64,000 nucleotides of DNA from Phoronis australis (taxonomy: Eukaryota > Animalia > Phoronida): positions 233,047 through 297,046 of the forward strand of contig NMRA01000459.1 of NCBI GenBank assembly GCA_002633005.1. The letters are read 5' to 3'. Positions 34,525-46,460 of this stretch are shown here, one piece after another. Position numbers and translations under genes: made by a program. The notes beneath the pieces are model-generated. The model saw nothing but the letters and a program-made list of their open reading frames with translations, had not been told where the DNA came from and made no database searches. Within the stretch, counting starts at the first letter, position 1; the number at the start of each line of letters is the position of its first letter.

Positions 34525-37500
34525 ATGTGCGGGGGTTATGGATGTTCAAGAAATGCCCTAGCGGCGCTGAATATTCTCTATATTGTGAGTATTATTAACA
34601 CTTTTGTGTTCGTTTTTGTCGAAACGCCGTAGCGGACACCGCGACGGCGTTAACTAACTAAAGCCGTTATTTCATTAATTATACTGCTTTTGTTTCGTGA
34701 CATGTTATTTTTTTGTACCATCCTTATGCCGAGAAAGCATTATGATAACGTATAGCAACATGCCATCCACATTTTTAAGGTAACGCGTCTATGGTAGATG
34801 AGTTTGGCCGTTTTTTGTTAAAAAACTCACTGCCAGGGATCGTGTCGTCCACTTCCGCATACGTGGAATGACAACGGAACTTACTGACCTGCCATGAGTG
34901 AGGATAAATAAACTCGTCCAGTTTTATATGTAATGCTCTTCAAATGTCTCAATAAATTTGATGATTTTCTGGAGATTGAATTTAATGATGCAAAACTTTT
35001 TTCCATTACAAGCTTTTTTCTACTCCCGCTTTCATTTTCTGTAAAAACTTGGCCGATTTTGGAAGCTATTTCTGAAGTTCTCTTTAGGGTCAATTCTATT
35101 CTATCCTCATCACATGGGTGACGCACCACTTTTTTCAGTGTTACATGTATGCCGCACATGGTCTAGGCAGTGCACCACGGGGACTGAGCCTTTAGCCCCC
35201 CCCCCCACTATTTTCAGTGCTGCGCTGCCCATGCATCACCTATGTAAGGATGTTGGATAGAAACCAGTTAACTGATATAGCAACTGCAATGCAGTTCACT
35301 CTTCCGTTGAATCATTGAGCATGTGTTAGCCACTTGCTAACTTACAATTGCCTATTATCTGAATGGTTAGCCTGTTTACTGGTTTTATTTAGGTTGCTCG
35401 TTCTGTTTCAGAGTCCGGTAATCTTGGCAATTTTTACACAACTACATGTCGACATTTAAGTACACTCATCAAAGTGACTAAAGACAGGTTTATTTATAGA
35501 CAATGATTGTTAGAGATCATTCACCAGACGCAATCAACAGTCAAACTCATGAATAGGTGGCATGTGGAGACTCAATACACAACACTTCCCTTAAATGTTT
35601 CCACACTTGAAGTGGCATTTAACACATATCTTATGTTGAAAAGTACTTAGTTTTGATTTAGACCATGTACTTATATATGAAATTGGAGATTAGGATGTAG
35701 TTAGAGAACTGACAGTTTTGTTACTTATTCATAATAACAAGCAATCAGTTGTTTGCAAGCTCAGAAGTCACGTATAAAACTAAATGAGGAATAAAACAGA
35801 CCACATTGTTTTCATTCGACTTCACCTTTATGCTCATACATGTTGATGTGTTCATTTTTTGGAACTGACCAAACACTTGTACAAGAATTTGACCTGCTCT
35901 GTTTGACTTTAGAGATTGCATACGTATACATCTATTTATCACTTCCTGACCATAGTATGTGTACTCTTTCTAGCACTTCCCGGCCATAGTATGAACAGTA
36001 AATTAATATTCGTCTTCTTTCAGATAGTGGCAATCATCATCATAGGAGTCGCCTCTTATGCTAAGGCCATCTCCGCCTTCACCAACCTGACCGTTATTGG
36101 TGGCATCATTGCCTGCGGCATTTTCCTGCTCCTAGTCGCCCTGATTGGTCTCATCGGTGCCGTCAAACACCACCAAGTGTGCCTGTTCTTTGTATCCTTA
36201 TTACCATGACTACACAGCCTCTGGAAATGCATTCCCACTAAATGTTCCAGTGTTTGGAGCAAGTCAGCATGTGCAAAAAAGTGGAAGTTTGAGTTAATGC
36301 TTAGCAATTGGTCAATACGAATGCAAAATACCCGTAGCTCCATTAATTACATGGCGTAATATGATTGTTACCACCATGTTTATCATCGCCACCATCATCA
36401 TCATATCCATCATTGTTGTCGTCATCACCATTGTCGTCTTTTCAGCCAATTTCACCAAGTGTCACTCCTTGGAGCGCTTTCATTTTTTTATATTTCTCAG
36501 TCAGCTTTTGTATCTTTGAAGTTTATGAACGGACTTTCGTAAAATTTGACATAGAATGGTATTAGAGAAACAATGAGATCCTCCTTTTTCTTATGGTTTG
36601 ACATATTTTACAATAATTAGTGGCAATTTAAATCGCTTAGCATCTCATCCTTAATAAAATTGATGGTGATTTCTGGGCACTGAAAGAATCAACAGGTCAT
36701 TATTGCTTGAGAGTCGGCCATCTTGTCATTGCGTGTCACTTTATGTACTTAGCTTGAGACTTGGCCATCTTGTCATGACGTGTCACTTTATGTGCTTAGC
36801 TTGAGACTTGGCCTTCTTGTCATGACATGTCACTTTATGTGCTTAGCTTGAGACTTGGCCATCTTGTCATAACGTGTCACTTTATGTGCTTAGCTTGATC
36901 TCAAGGAAAAGTGAACCGTTGTTAGTTGTTTGCAAACCCAGAAATCACCTATCATCTGTGTCAGGAACCAGATGTTAACTAAATTATGTGGTAAGTTGTC
37001 GAAATCATACGTTCACTTCTTGAACAGAGCGTGTTGATATCCACTTTAAGTGTTTAAAATTGTTGCTCAGAGACACAGTCACGCTTGTAAATCTCAGGTA
37101 GGTTGAGTGTGGTCGCTTGGCAGGAGAAGATGACTCATAGCTTTATTCATTTTGGACTACTGACAGTACTTGATGACTAATATTTCTTTTGTCTTCCTTG
37201 ACCCAGCCAGTTCATGACAGTAGCTGATGACCAATATTTCTTTTCTCTTCCTTGACTCAGCCATTACATCACAGTAGTTGATGACCAATATTTCGCATGT
37301 CTTCCTTGACTCGGCTAGTACATGATTATATTGTTCTTGCTGTTCATACTACAGTTTGCGTTGGCCTGCGCTTGCTTGGCTTTGAATAAAGAGCAGCAAA
37401 CAGATCTGGCAGTAATTGCCTGGAAGAAAATGAAGACAAGTGACCGTGCAGATGTACAGCGTTTCTTCGATTGCTGCGGATGGCAGGACGTAGACCTCGT

Positions 37501-40500
37501 CAACGTCTCTGCACCTCTAGGTCACCCAAAGTGTTCGGATCTGGTAAGTTACTCCGCCATGGATCACCCAGCTGTGCCAATTACCCAGTCCCTGAATTCC
37601 TGCTCATCTCTCCGACAAACCGAGTGTAGTGAAAGTCGGTGGTACAGCGCTGTATTTGTATAGTACAGAAAACTGTTGAAAGTGATTCGAAACGGTCAAA
37701 TAGACTTGGAATGTTTCAAAAACTGCTTGGAAAAAAGTTATGTTTTCAAAATGAAATGGTCAGAGACTAGCAGTCATGAAGAGAATTCTACGGTGACACA
37801 CTCACCTTTTGAGATTGAGCAACTCTACTGGTTTGCGTACCTCGGAATTTGCCAACATTGATCAAATGAACCATTTTGCCATAGTTAATTTCGTCACTGT
37901 AGGCCGCTGATGCTATCGTTCTCTATATACACAGACCCATCATATACACACTGAGGGCGGCAACTCAGTATTTTTAAGTTTTCATTTTAAAAATTAAATA
38001 GCATAGTTGAGTAGTTTGTGACAAGGACACGTAGTTAGGTTTTTTAATAAATCGTTCAAGAAATGACTTTTATGGCCTAAAATGATTGTATAATGTTTCC
38101 TCTATTATTCCTGATGAACTCTGCTGGTTGTGCAAAATAATTGGGCCAGTTACCAAACCACCATGCAGCAGTTGAATTTTAAGGTAAGCCAAATGTCACC
38201 ATACAATTCTTGACATGAATAACCTACGGTGAAAACATTTTCTTTTTCATATTTTTATTTTTCTCTAGCATGATAATTACATGTCACATCAAACAATACA
38301 GTATACATCGTTTACAAAGAATAACATTAAATCATTAGTCAGCAAGTATCATATTTCCTTCAGAATGTAATTTAATAAAGTTAATGAACAATTGGAAATT
38401 AATTTTTTTAACAAACTTTTGGCTAAATATAAGTAATTTTTTGCTATTATGATCAACTGATTAATGTTACAATTTTCCGACTGAATGTTTTCCAAAAAAC
38501 CAAAAAACACTGCTATCTTGTCCACATGAAAATTCATGATGATATGTTTGTTTTATCCACTCAGCAAATAGGAGCCAGAAACCGGAGACAAGACGACATT
38601 CCCAAAAGAGATGGGGAAACGTTTCACTGTGTTTACCACAGAAAGAGCATAGATCACTTGTTTTTATTTTAATTTTATGTAAATAATTATTAGTTGGTAA
38701 TATTCTGTGAAGTAAGCGGTATTGAAACCAATGCAATTTTGTATCTTTTGTACAATTGAAGGGGAGTTTATTTAATTTTCCCCACCATGTATCAGAGTCA
38801 CTGAAATTTACATTATTTATAACACCGTTTATATCTATCTCAGATGACCAGTTGTTTTTTTTTTATTCTGTTGTTAGTTCCTGTAAAATCCATGGAAATT
38901 ACGTATTTGTCCATATGATGGTGTCATTGAGAGTGAGCTTTGGCCCGTTCAACGTTTTTTGAAACAGGTTAATGCTCCTATATCAATGGAGTCTATTAAT
39001 GCTCCTATATCAATGGAGTCTATTAATGCTCCTATATCAATGGAGTCTATTAATGCTCCTATATCAATGGAGTCTATTAATGCTCCTATATCAATGGAGT
39101 CTATTAATGCTCCTATATCAATGGAGTTTATTAATGCTCCTATATCAATGGAGTCTATTAAAATGCTAGGCAATAAGTAGTTTGTGAGTCATTGCTTTGC
39201 ATTTTGGGAGCTGATTCTCTGTAGATTGACTTTTTCTTTTTAAATGCGTTTTCTACCAACCCATGTTTTTTTAAGATATAAAGTGTGTTCACAGGAAATT
39301 AACTTTTTTGTGAAACTACACTTTTAAGTCCCGTTTAGACATTAACTTTTGACGTGGCGCAACTGACACAGCGCAAGATGATCTGTGTCAAGCGGCCGTT
39401 TACACACACACAACTCAGAAACGGTGGCAAGGCTGATGTTGTAGGCGTCACTGTGGAGTGCTCGTGTGCAAAGATTCAAATTTTGGAAGTCACCATTCAT
39501 TATTATTGTTGTTGTTGTTGTTGATGTTGTTATGGTGCTTCTAATTCGCCCAAGTGTACGTAATTTGTGAGATTAAGTTTTTCTTCAATGATTTTTTTGA
39601 TCAGCTAGCTGGTTAACGCTTTCATCAGTAGGCCTACTGTACAGAACCGAGTATTCGAATTCAACCCAGTCTTGACTGTTAACTTTGTGTAGTATTCTGA
39701 CAGTTTCCAAACAAAATAGATGGTGGTCAGGGTTAAAGTTAGAAGACAAGGCACTGAACCAGCAAATTGTAAAAATTGTGCGAAAATGATCACCTGTCTA
39801 CCTGTGTTTCTTGCACAAACGCAATAGAGATGATCCCTACCGTCCTACCCCAGTTTGGTGTTTAGACATATAGTTGACACGGAGCAAGATGATCGGGCGC
39901 AAGTTGTTCTACCTCACAAATGGGGGACAAAAGATGTCACCCTATGGTGTCAGTTTGCTCCTTGTCAATCTTGTTTACACACATAATTGCACTTTATCAT
40001 CACATGACAGCTGATACCCAACATCTTCTGTAGTGTAAACAGTCAGAAGATCTGTGTGGGTCATGAGGAAGGAACACTGAATACCTGTACAATTTCTAAA
40101 TTGATGAAATAACCTTTGACCTGTTAAATGTAACATTGATAGTTGGCTTGTGGCAATATTCGTCTTTGAGTGTAATGCTTGTCTCCAATTCCTTCGTTGC
40201 AGTCATGCTGCAAAGATTCAACAGCCAAGTGTTGTACAGGCGTTGAGACGGACATGACATCATGCCCGTGTAACAACACATGTTTTGTCAAGTTTGTCAA
40301 CAACAGTAACAGTGCGCTCAAGATCTCCGGTGGTGTCGGCCTCTTCTTCAGTTTTACCGAGGTGAGCTCGTAGTGGCTGGTTGAGGTTACTATAATGGTA
40401 ACTTGGGTTTCCTCACTATGGTACTTGAAAATGTTTTGATCCTCATCCGTCAAGTTCTCGTTTTATTTCCCAGGGTTGCTGACCAGAGTATAAAAACCAG

Positions 40501-41414
40501 TTTAGTGCCAAGCGTTGGTTATGCAAGTAGTAACAGTGATGACTCTCCCTAGCTGAGCGGTTTTACAAGACAATCAGAAAGCCTTTATTTTGCAAGTCTT
40601 CGCCAGGTCATGCTCGGCAACAGTCCGTATCAAAATTTACCGAATAATTGCCTAAATTATTAATTTTTGAGGGAAAATAAATTAAATTGAAAATGAAATG
40701 TTAATCCTGGAAAACTTGCAAGTTATGAAAACACATTATGCAAGTGAGTGATATCAACTTGTTTTTTTCCTACACAACAGTTAGCTGAGTACTAGTAGGT
40801 GGTATTGTTTAAATTACGTCTTGTTGGACATGTCATGATGTATGATTTTCAGTCTGCAAATCGTCAGCAAATTGCCTGAAGATGGTCGCTTGCTGTGGCA
40901 CAGACATGTTTTCTCAAGGCCACAGATTGAAGTAACCATAACTGGTCAGACATGTATCATTATACTGTATTGCGTCAATGAACCCTTATGTTTCACCGTT
41001 ACTTCCAACTCATTACAGCGCCCCTGGTGTTTCACAGTGCGCACGCAGGTTTGCTGTTCTTCGATAATAATGTGTTTTAATTTTTTTTCAGACCCCTGAC
41101 CTATTGAGTCAGCGACATTGAACTGGTTTCAATAACCTTTGTTGTTTTGTCAGAGTAACTTGTGTAGTGTAGTCGATTGCCTGCTGCCCACCTCATCTCT
41201 TGTAGCAACAATTTCCGAGGCTAGTTAAAACTTAGTGCCATTTGAACATGCATCAGATTGATAAAAAGACATCACCCTGTTATTAGAAAGTGCTGTAATT
41301 GTACTGTTGGCTGAACCGTGTATGCTGTTTCGTTTTCAGTTCTTTGGCGTTCTATTGACGGTGCGCTACAGAAACCAGCGCGACCCCAAATCTAATCCCA
41401 GTGCCTTCCTATAG
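34525..41414 (+). CDS. TSPAN13: Tetraspanin of the TSPAN13/TSPAN31 family, isoform with proximal last exon, about 228 aa
   Basis: Exons 34525-34584, 36024-36191, 37319-37543, 40203-40361, 41340-41414. Motifs MCGGYGCSRNALAALN, GLIGAVKHHQVCLFF|YMIIL, ACACLALN, CCG, GGVGLFFSFTE and RYRNQRDPKSNPSAFL* match TSPAN13/31. Confidence 0.93.
35113..35233. mobile_element. MITE, CATGGG...CCCATG termini, 5-bp TSD
   Basis: CATCA at 35108-35112 and 35234-35238; homologous to 61717-61842. Confidence 0.8.
36192..37318 (+). other. U12-type (minor spliceosome) GT-AG intron in the tetraspanin
   Basis: 5' end GTATCCTTA. Branch site TTCCTTGAC at 37302-37310, 8 nt before the exon, with no polypyrimidine tract. Joins LFF to YMII in frame. 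Confidence 0.9.
36705..36898. repeat. Minisatellite, 47-bp unit x4, inside the U12 intron
   Basis: GCTTGAGACTTGGCCATCTTGTCATGACGTGTCACTTTATGTGCTTA repeated four times. Confidence 0.92.
37161..37322 (+). repeat. 54-bp unit x3 containing the U12 branch site and 3' splice junction
   Basis: TTCCTTGAC at 37194, 37248 and 37302, spaced exactly 54 nt apart. Confidence 0.9.
38330..38870 (-). mobile_element. LINE (L1/Tx1-like) 3' fragment with zf-RVT domain, tetraspanin intron 3
   Basis: KLHWFQYRLLHRILPTNNYLHKIKIKTSDLCSFCGKHSETFPHLFWECRLVSGFW, then frameshifted INQLIIIAKNYLY. Confidence 0.85.
38969..39161. repeat. Minisatellite, 27-bp unit x7
   Basis: TTAATGCTCCTATATCAATGGAGTCTA x7, near-perfect; it explains the repetitive ORFs in the track. 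Confidence 0.95.
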
Positions 41415-42673
41415 TGCACACCAGGTTATCAGTAGGTGACTGGCCATAGCTAGGCATAGGCTTAACCTCAGTGATCTCCATAATTCTGTTCTGTTTCACT
41501 GTCTAACATAACTGGATAGGGCTGCATGGGTGGTGCCTCAATGGTTGCTATGGTGACTGCTTTTTGTCAACAATTCCAAAGGATATTGGTTGATGCTGCC
41601 GGTAACTGGTTTGAGAATCTTAAGGTTAATTCCAGGTAACATAACATCAGTTGCGTAATGACTTTCTGAGAACACACGTCAGGTGCCGAATAATTTGTGC
41701 TTCAGCCAATAACCTTCAGTTGATTACGGATAGTTCCAACATCGCAGTCAGGCTGTAACTTCCAACCAATCAGGGTGGGGTCATATATAAACTCTGCGGC
41801 CATTCACCATCTTGTCCCACCACATTTGATGCTAAATGAAAGCCTGAAGATGTTTTTTGGTGAGTTTGAGATAATTTCAGTGCAGGTCAATGATTTATGG
41901 AAAAAGTGCTTGCGGGATATAGAAAATATGTGGTAGACCTCACAGTCAGCTGAACATGCGCCCGGCAATATATGTCATAATAAAATATAATTTTTATCAC
42001 AACACCATGTTACGTGGCTCCATGCCAGTAACATCTTCAGTGAAAAATCGTTGAGAACACACAGAGAAGAATCTGATGTTGTAGTACGTCCGCAGGACAC
42101 ATAGCCATATTTGATTTCCGTTTGTCACACTGGACAATGAAGCTATGGTGGGTGTGGCCTAACTGGGTACTTTGGAACTATCCATTATCTACAGAAACTA
42201 TTGATCTTCATCTCTTTTTCATGTTACGGGTTTTGTAGCTTACTTCCAGCTGTTTTGTCTTCTTTTTTGTGACGACTTTGTGGCAAGACTTATTTCCCCA
42301 ACGTGGTACAGTTTGCTTGGCTTTGTTGTATTTTTTCTCCCATAATTCATCTGTAGTCAAGAACCATCTCTTCTGCCCAGAGGTTTGGCCATGCTAGTGC
42401 TTCTTGTGAACTGCTTTTCCCAGTTTAAGCGGAATACTGTTTTTCTCTGAGTGGGTGCTTTTACTTGGCTTGGCCCATATATTTCTGCACATAAATCATA
42501 GAAGGTTCTTGCAAGTCAACAAACTACACTGAGTCATAATACCGGGGTTTGTTTCATGAAAACTGACGAATATTTGATCTTTTGCTCCAAATATTGATTT
42601 CTGAAAAATAATTAAATCTCACATGATCAAAAGTGCAAGGTATTTGAGAATATACAGTTTACACAACAGACAA

Positions 42674-44690
42674 TTTTTATGCGCCCACATATTTTATATG
42701 TGGACGTATCATGCCGTCATCTCCGTTTGTCTGGCCGGTGTCCACTGCTTTATCTCCAAAATCCTTCGACGTACGCTCATGAAATTTTGCACTTATGTTC
42801 CTTTCATGGATGGGACAGCATGAGGGAACTTTCGGACGGATCTGACTACCGGTGTGTCCCCTAGTGGCAATTTTAGTTTTTTACAGCTACCTCTGTACAT
42901 GTATCTTCAAATGTCCTCAACGTATTTTCATGAAATTTAGCATTTAGGCATCTATGAGTCAGATGACGCTATGCTCCCGTTTTTGGATATATTTGACGTA
43001 GTGTGCACCACCTACTGGCCATTTTTATGCGCCCACATATTTATATGTGGACGCATTATGCCGTCATCTCTGTCCGTCCGTCCGTCCGTCCGTCCGGCGT
43101 CTGGCGTCCGGCGTCCGCTGCTCTATCTCCAAAACCCTTTGACATACGTTCATGAAATTTGGCACATATGTTCCATTCATGAATGGGACGGCATGTGCGA
43201 ACTTTCGGACGGATCCGACTACCGGTGTGCCCCCTAGTGGCAATTTTAGTTTTTTACGCTTACCTTTGTATCTTCAAAAGTCCTCAACGGATTTTCATGA
43301 AATTTGGTATGTAGGCACCTAGTAGTGAGATGACGCTATCCTGCCGTTTTCGGATGGANCTCTGAGTGGGTGCTTTTATTTGGCTTGGCCCATATATTTC
43401 TGCACATAAATCATAGAAGGTTCTTGCAAGTCAACAAACTACACTGAGTCATAATACCGGGGTTTGTTTCATGAAAACTGACTAAGACGAATATTTGATC
43501 TTTTGCTCCAAATAATGATTTCTGAAAAATAATTAAATCTCACATGATCAAAAGTGCAAGGTATATGAGAATATACAGTTTACACGACAGACAATTTTTA
43601 TGCGCTCACATATTTTATATGTGGACGTATCATGCCGTCATCTCCGTTTGTCTGTCCGGTGTCCACTGCTTTATGTCCAAAATCCTTTGACATATACTCA
43701 TGAAATTTTGTACTTATGTTCCTTTTCCTGGATGGGGCAGCATGAGGGAACTTTCGGACGGATCTGACTACCGGTGTTCCCCCTAGTGGCAGTTTTAGTT
43801 TTTAACCGCTACCTCTATCTTCAAAGGTCCTCAACGTATTTTCATGAAATTTAGCATTTAGCCATCTATTAGTCAGATGACGCTATGCTCCCCGTTTTTG
43901 GATATGTTTGACGTAGTTTGCACCACCTACTGGCCATTTTTACTGTGTTTTAGTCTCGTTTTTTGACGACCACCCCTCCATCAACCAAACCGCTCTAAGG
44001 AGGATTTTGAAAATTGGCACGTATGTTGTTATTACGAAGACTTCGACTACTGTGGCACCTCCTAGTGGCAGTTTTTTTTTGCACCCAAGGCTGTATCTCC
44101 TAAAACCGTTTACAGAATCTTTGCTAAATTTAGCAAATGTATTTATGATGTTGACAATGGATGACAACAACTTTCGGATGGATCCGATTGCCAGTGTGCC
44201 CCCTAGGGACAAATTTAGTTTTTTTAGGTTTACCTTTGTATCTTCAAAGGTCCTGAATGGATTTTCAGAAAATTTGAAATATAGGCATCTGTTGATAAGA
44301 TGGTGCTACCCTCTAGTGGCCATTTTTCTTTATTTTCGAGTCTGTTTTTTGGCGTACACCCCCTCGATCAACCAAACCATTCTAAGGATGATTTTGAAAA
44401 TTGGCATGACTATGTTCTCAGTGTGAAGAGGACGGTTGAGGATAAGAAAGTCAACTACAGTGGCGCCTCCTAGTTGTAGTCTTGTTTTGTTTTGCGCCCA
44501 TGGCTGCATCTCCTAAACACACTGCAGGATCTTTATTAAATCTAGTGATTGTATTTATATGAAGCTAACAACAGACGACGATGTCTTTCAGGCAGATCTA
44601 ATGAACGCTGTGCTCCATAGTGGCAATTTCATTTTTTCTGTGTTCCTTTGTTTCTCTGAAGTTCCTTGACAGATTTTTATGAAAGATGTC
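42674..44690 (+). mobile_element. HINE-family copies, including a nested copy starting at about 43022 and a repeated copy after the N at 43359
   Basis: TTTTTATGCGC(C/T)CACAT 5' ends at about 42674, 43022 and 43595; adjacent hairpin arm GTGGACG(C/T)AT; (GTCC)n microsatellite at about 43072-43095; CCCTAGTGGC internal repeats. Confidence 0.8.
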
Positions 44691-45619
44691 TTCGGTTAAT
44701 TATTTGGTGAGCACTTGTTTTCAGTCAATATAACCTAAACATGCCTTAACCACGTTCGGTATTTCACTGTTCACGTGCAATGTCAACTGAATTTGCAGAG
44801 CGTAATTTACTTAATTATCACTTAGTCTGAAATGTTATCTTTTAATTTTGTGGCCTTCTCCAGCCAAGGCAGGGTAAACTGTTGACAGACTTACTTTTAA
44901 GTAAGTCAATACTTCATTGTTATGTACACCACGCGCTGGGAGACTGATCCCAATCCAAGTACGAAATGGACACCAGAAATTAAGCCGGTGGTAAAAGCGC
45001 ATCATGAGCATGAGATCAAAACAGTGAAATGTTAAATTTCCTATCAAATTAATGATTTTGGGTGAGAATTTATTTATTTTCACAACTTGCTGTGTTGGTG
45101 AACACAAAGTCACAGAGTCGAGGGGGCGACTCGGAGTATTTCGTTCTCAACAGATGTATGCATGTAGATGAAAAACTTCCTCAAGATCAAAACTTCATTT
45201 TGTCTTTGTTTTCTCCAGCATCTTTCTTTCATATTTACTCCTCGTTGACTCCATATTATGGCAACTCATTGAATGAAGGATTGAGGATAAGTACGGAACT
45301 GCTCTATGCCTGGCGGGTGATTTGATTTGAGTGACAGCCCTGTAACGTTTTACCTCGGAAAAGTAGTAAACACATTTCCATGTGGTTGTGCAGTTCCAAG
45401 GTGTTTCTGCTAATTTTTTTTCTTGCTTCACGACATGTGTTTGGTATTTGAAGTTCTCCAGGAATGAAGATGATGTATTTTCCTAGGCATATGTGAAATA
45501 TTGTAAGAGCGCCCTCTTTTGTGTACATGTATAAGTTCCACATATCCTTCATGAGATTCACCTGATGTGTTCCTTTAAAGCTGACGACAGATGATGATCA
45601 ATTTTCACCTATTTAACCA

Positions 45620-46460
45620 CCACTACGCCCCCTAGTGGCATTTTGTGTTTGCCTCTCTATCTTTAGTGTTCCTTCAGTTGGTGGATTTTCATAAAGGTTG
45701 GTAAATAGGTGTCTATTAAGGAGAGGATGGTGCCTTCGCATTTTCAAATGGAGTTGTCATATTTTTCACCACTCAGTGGCCATTTTTATATGCCCACATA
45801 GTAAGTGCATTATGCCTTCATACTTGTCCTTGCCTCCGTCTGCTACTGTATCTCCAAAACCCTTGGGTGACTAAAACTTTTGGCTATATCTGGTTACTGC
45901 TGTACCCCCTAGTGGTAGTTTTAATTTTTTATCTTGGCAGGTATGTTCTTATTGAGAGCATTGCTGACTTGCTATGCATCCCCTAGAGGAAATTTTAAGT
46001 TTACCAGCATTGCTCCCTTTAGAAGAAATGTTTGAAATCGGTATGGTAGTCATCTAGTATGTGGGCTTTATGCGATGCACATGGTGGGGCATATGAACAC
46101 TTCTGGTTGCTATTGTTTACTACTTGCGAGTCCATTTTTGTCGTCCGCCTCTCTCTCTTTCTGTCCCTCGCTCTGCTATACTTCTCAAAAGATCAATAAA
46201 AATGTATCCTGCCAAGAAGACTGAAGTTGACGTTGATTTTCGGACTTTCCAGACTGTTGTGGAATCCCTAGTGGAATTTTTTTTTTGCACCTACCTCTGT
46301 ATCTCGTCAACCCCTTGCAGTATCTTTCTAAAATTGGGCAAGAGTTCATATGAATGTGACAACAGATGGATTTTGGCTACGGTTCTCCTAGTATCAAATT
46401 TTTACATTCATCTGAGTCTGTATTTCCAGAATTCCTTGGTGGATTTTCATGATATTTGAC
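45620..46460 (+). mobile_element. Degenerate HINE-family fragments
   Basis: cccctagtggca blocks; tttttatatgcccacat at about 45783; gtggggcatatg at about 46084. Confidence 0.55.

Noticed and set aside
38949-39180. Repetitive ORFs (INAPISMES / IDSIDIGAL / LLYQWSLLM) or a CRISPR-like array
   Set aside because: A 27-bp head-to-tail minisatellite with no unique spacers; it is open in several frames only because 27 is a multiple of 3.
44920-45036. Open stretch MYTTRWETDPNPSTKWTPEIKPVV as a third tetraspanin last exon
   Set aside because: No phase-0 acceptor in frame and no similarity to the TM4/RNQ..P..NP.AFL pattern.
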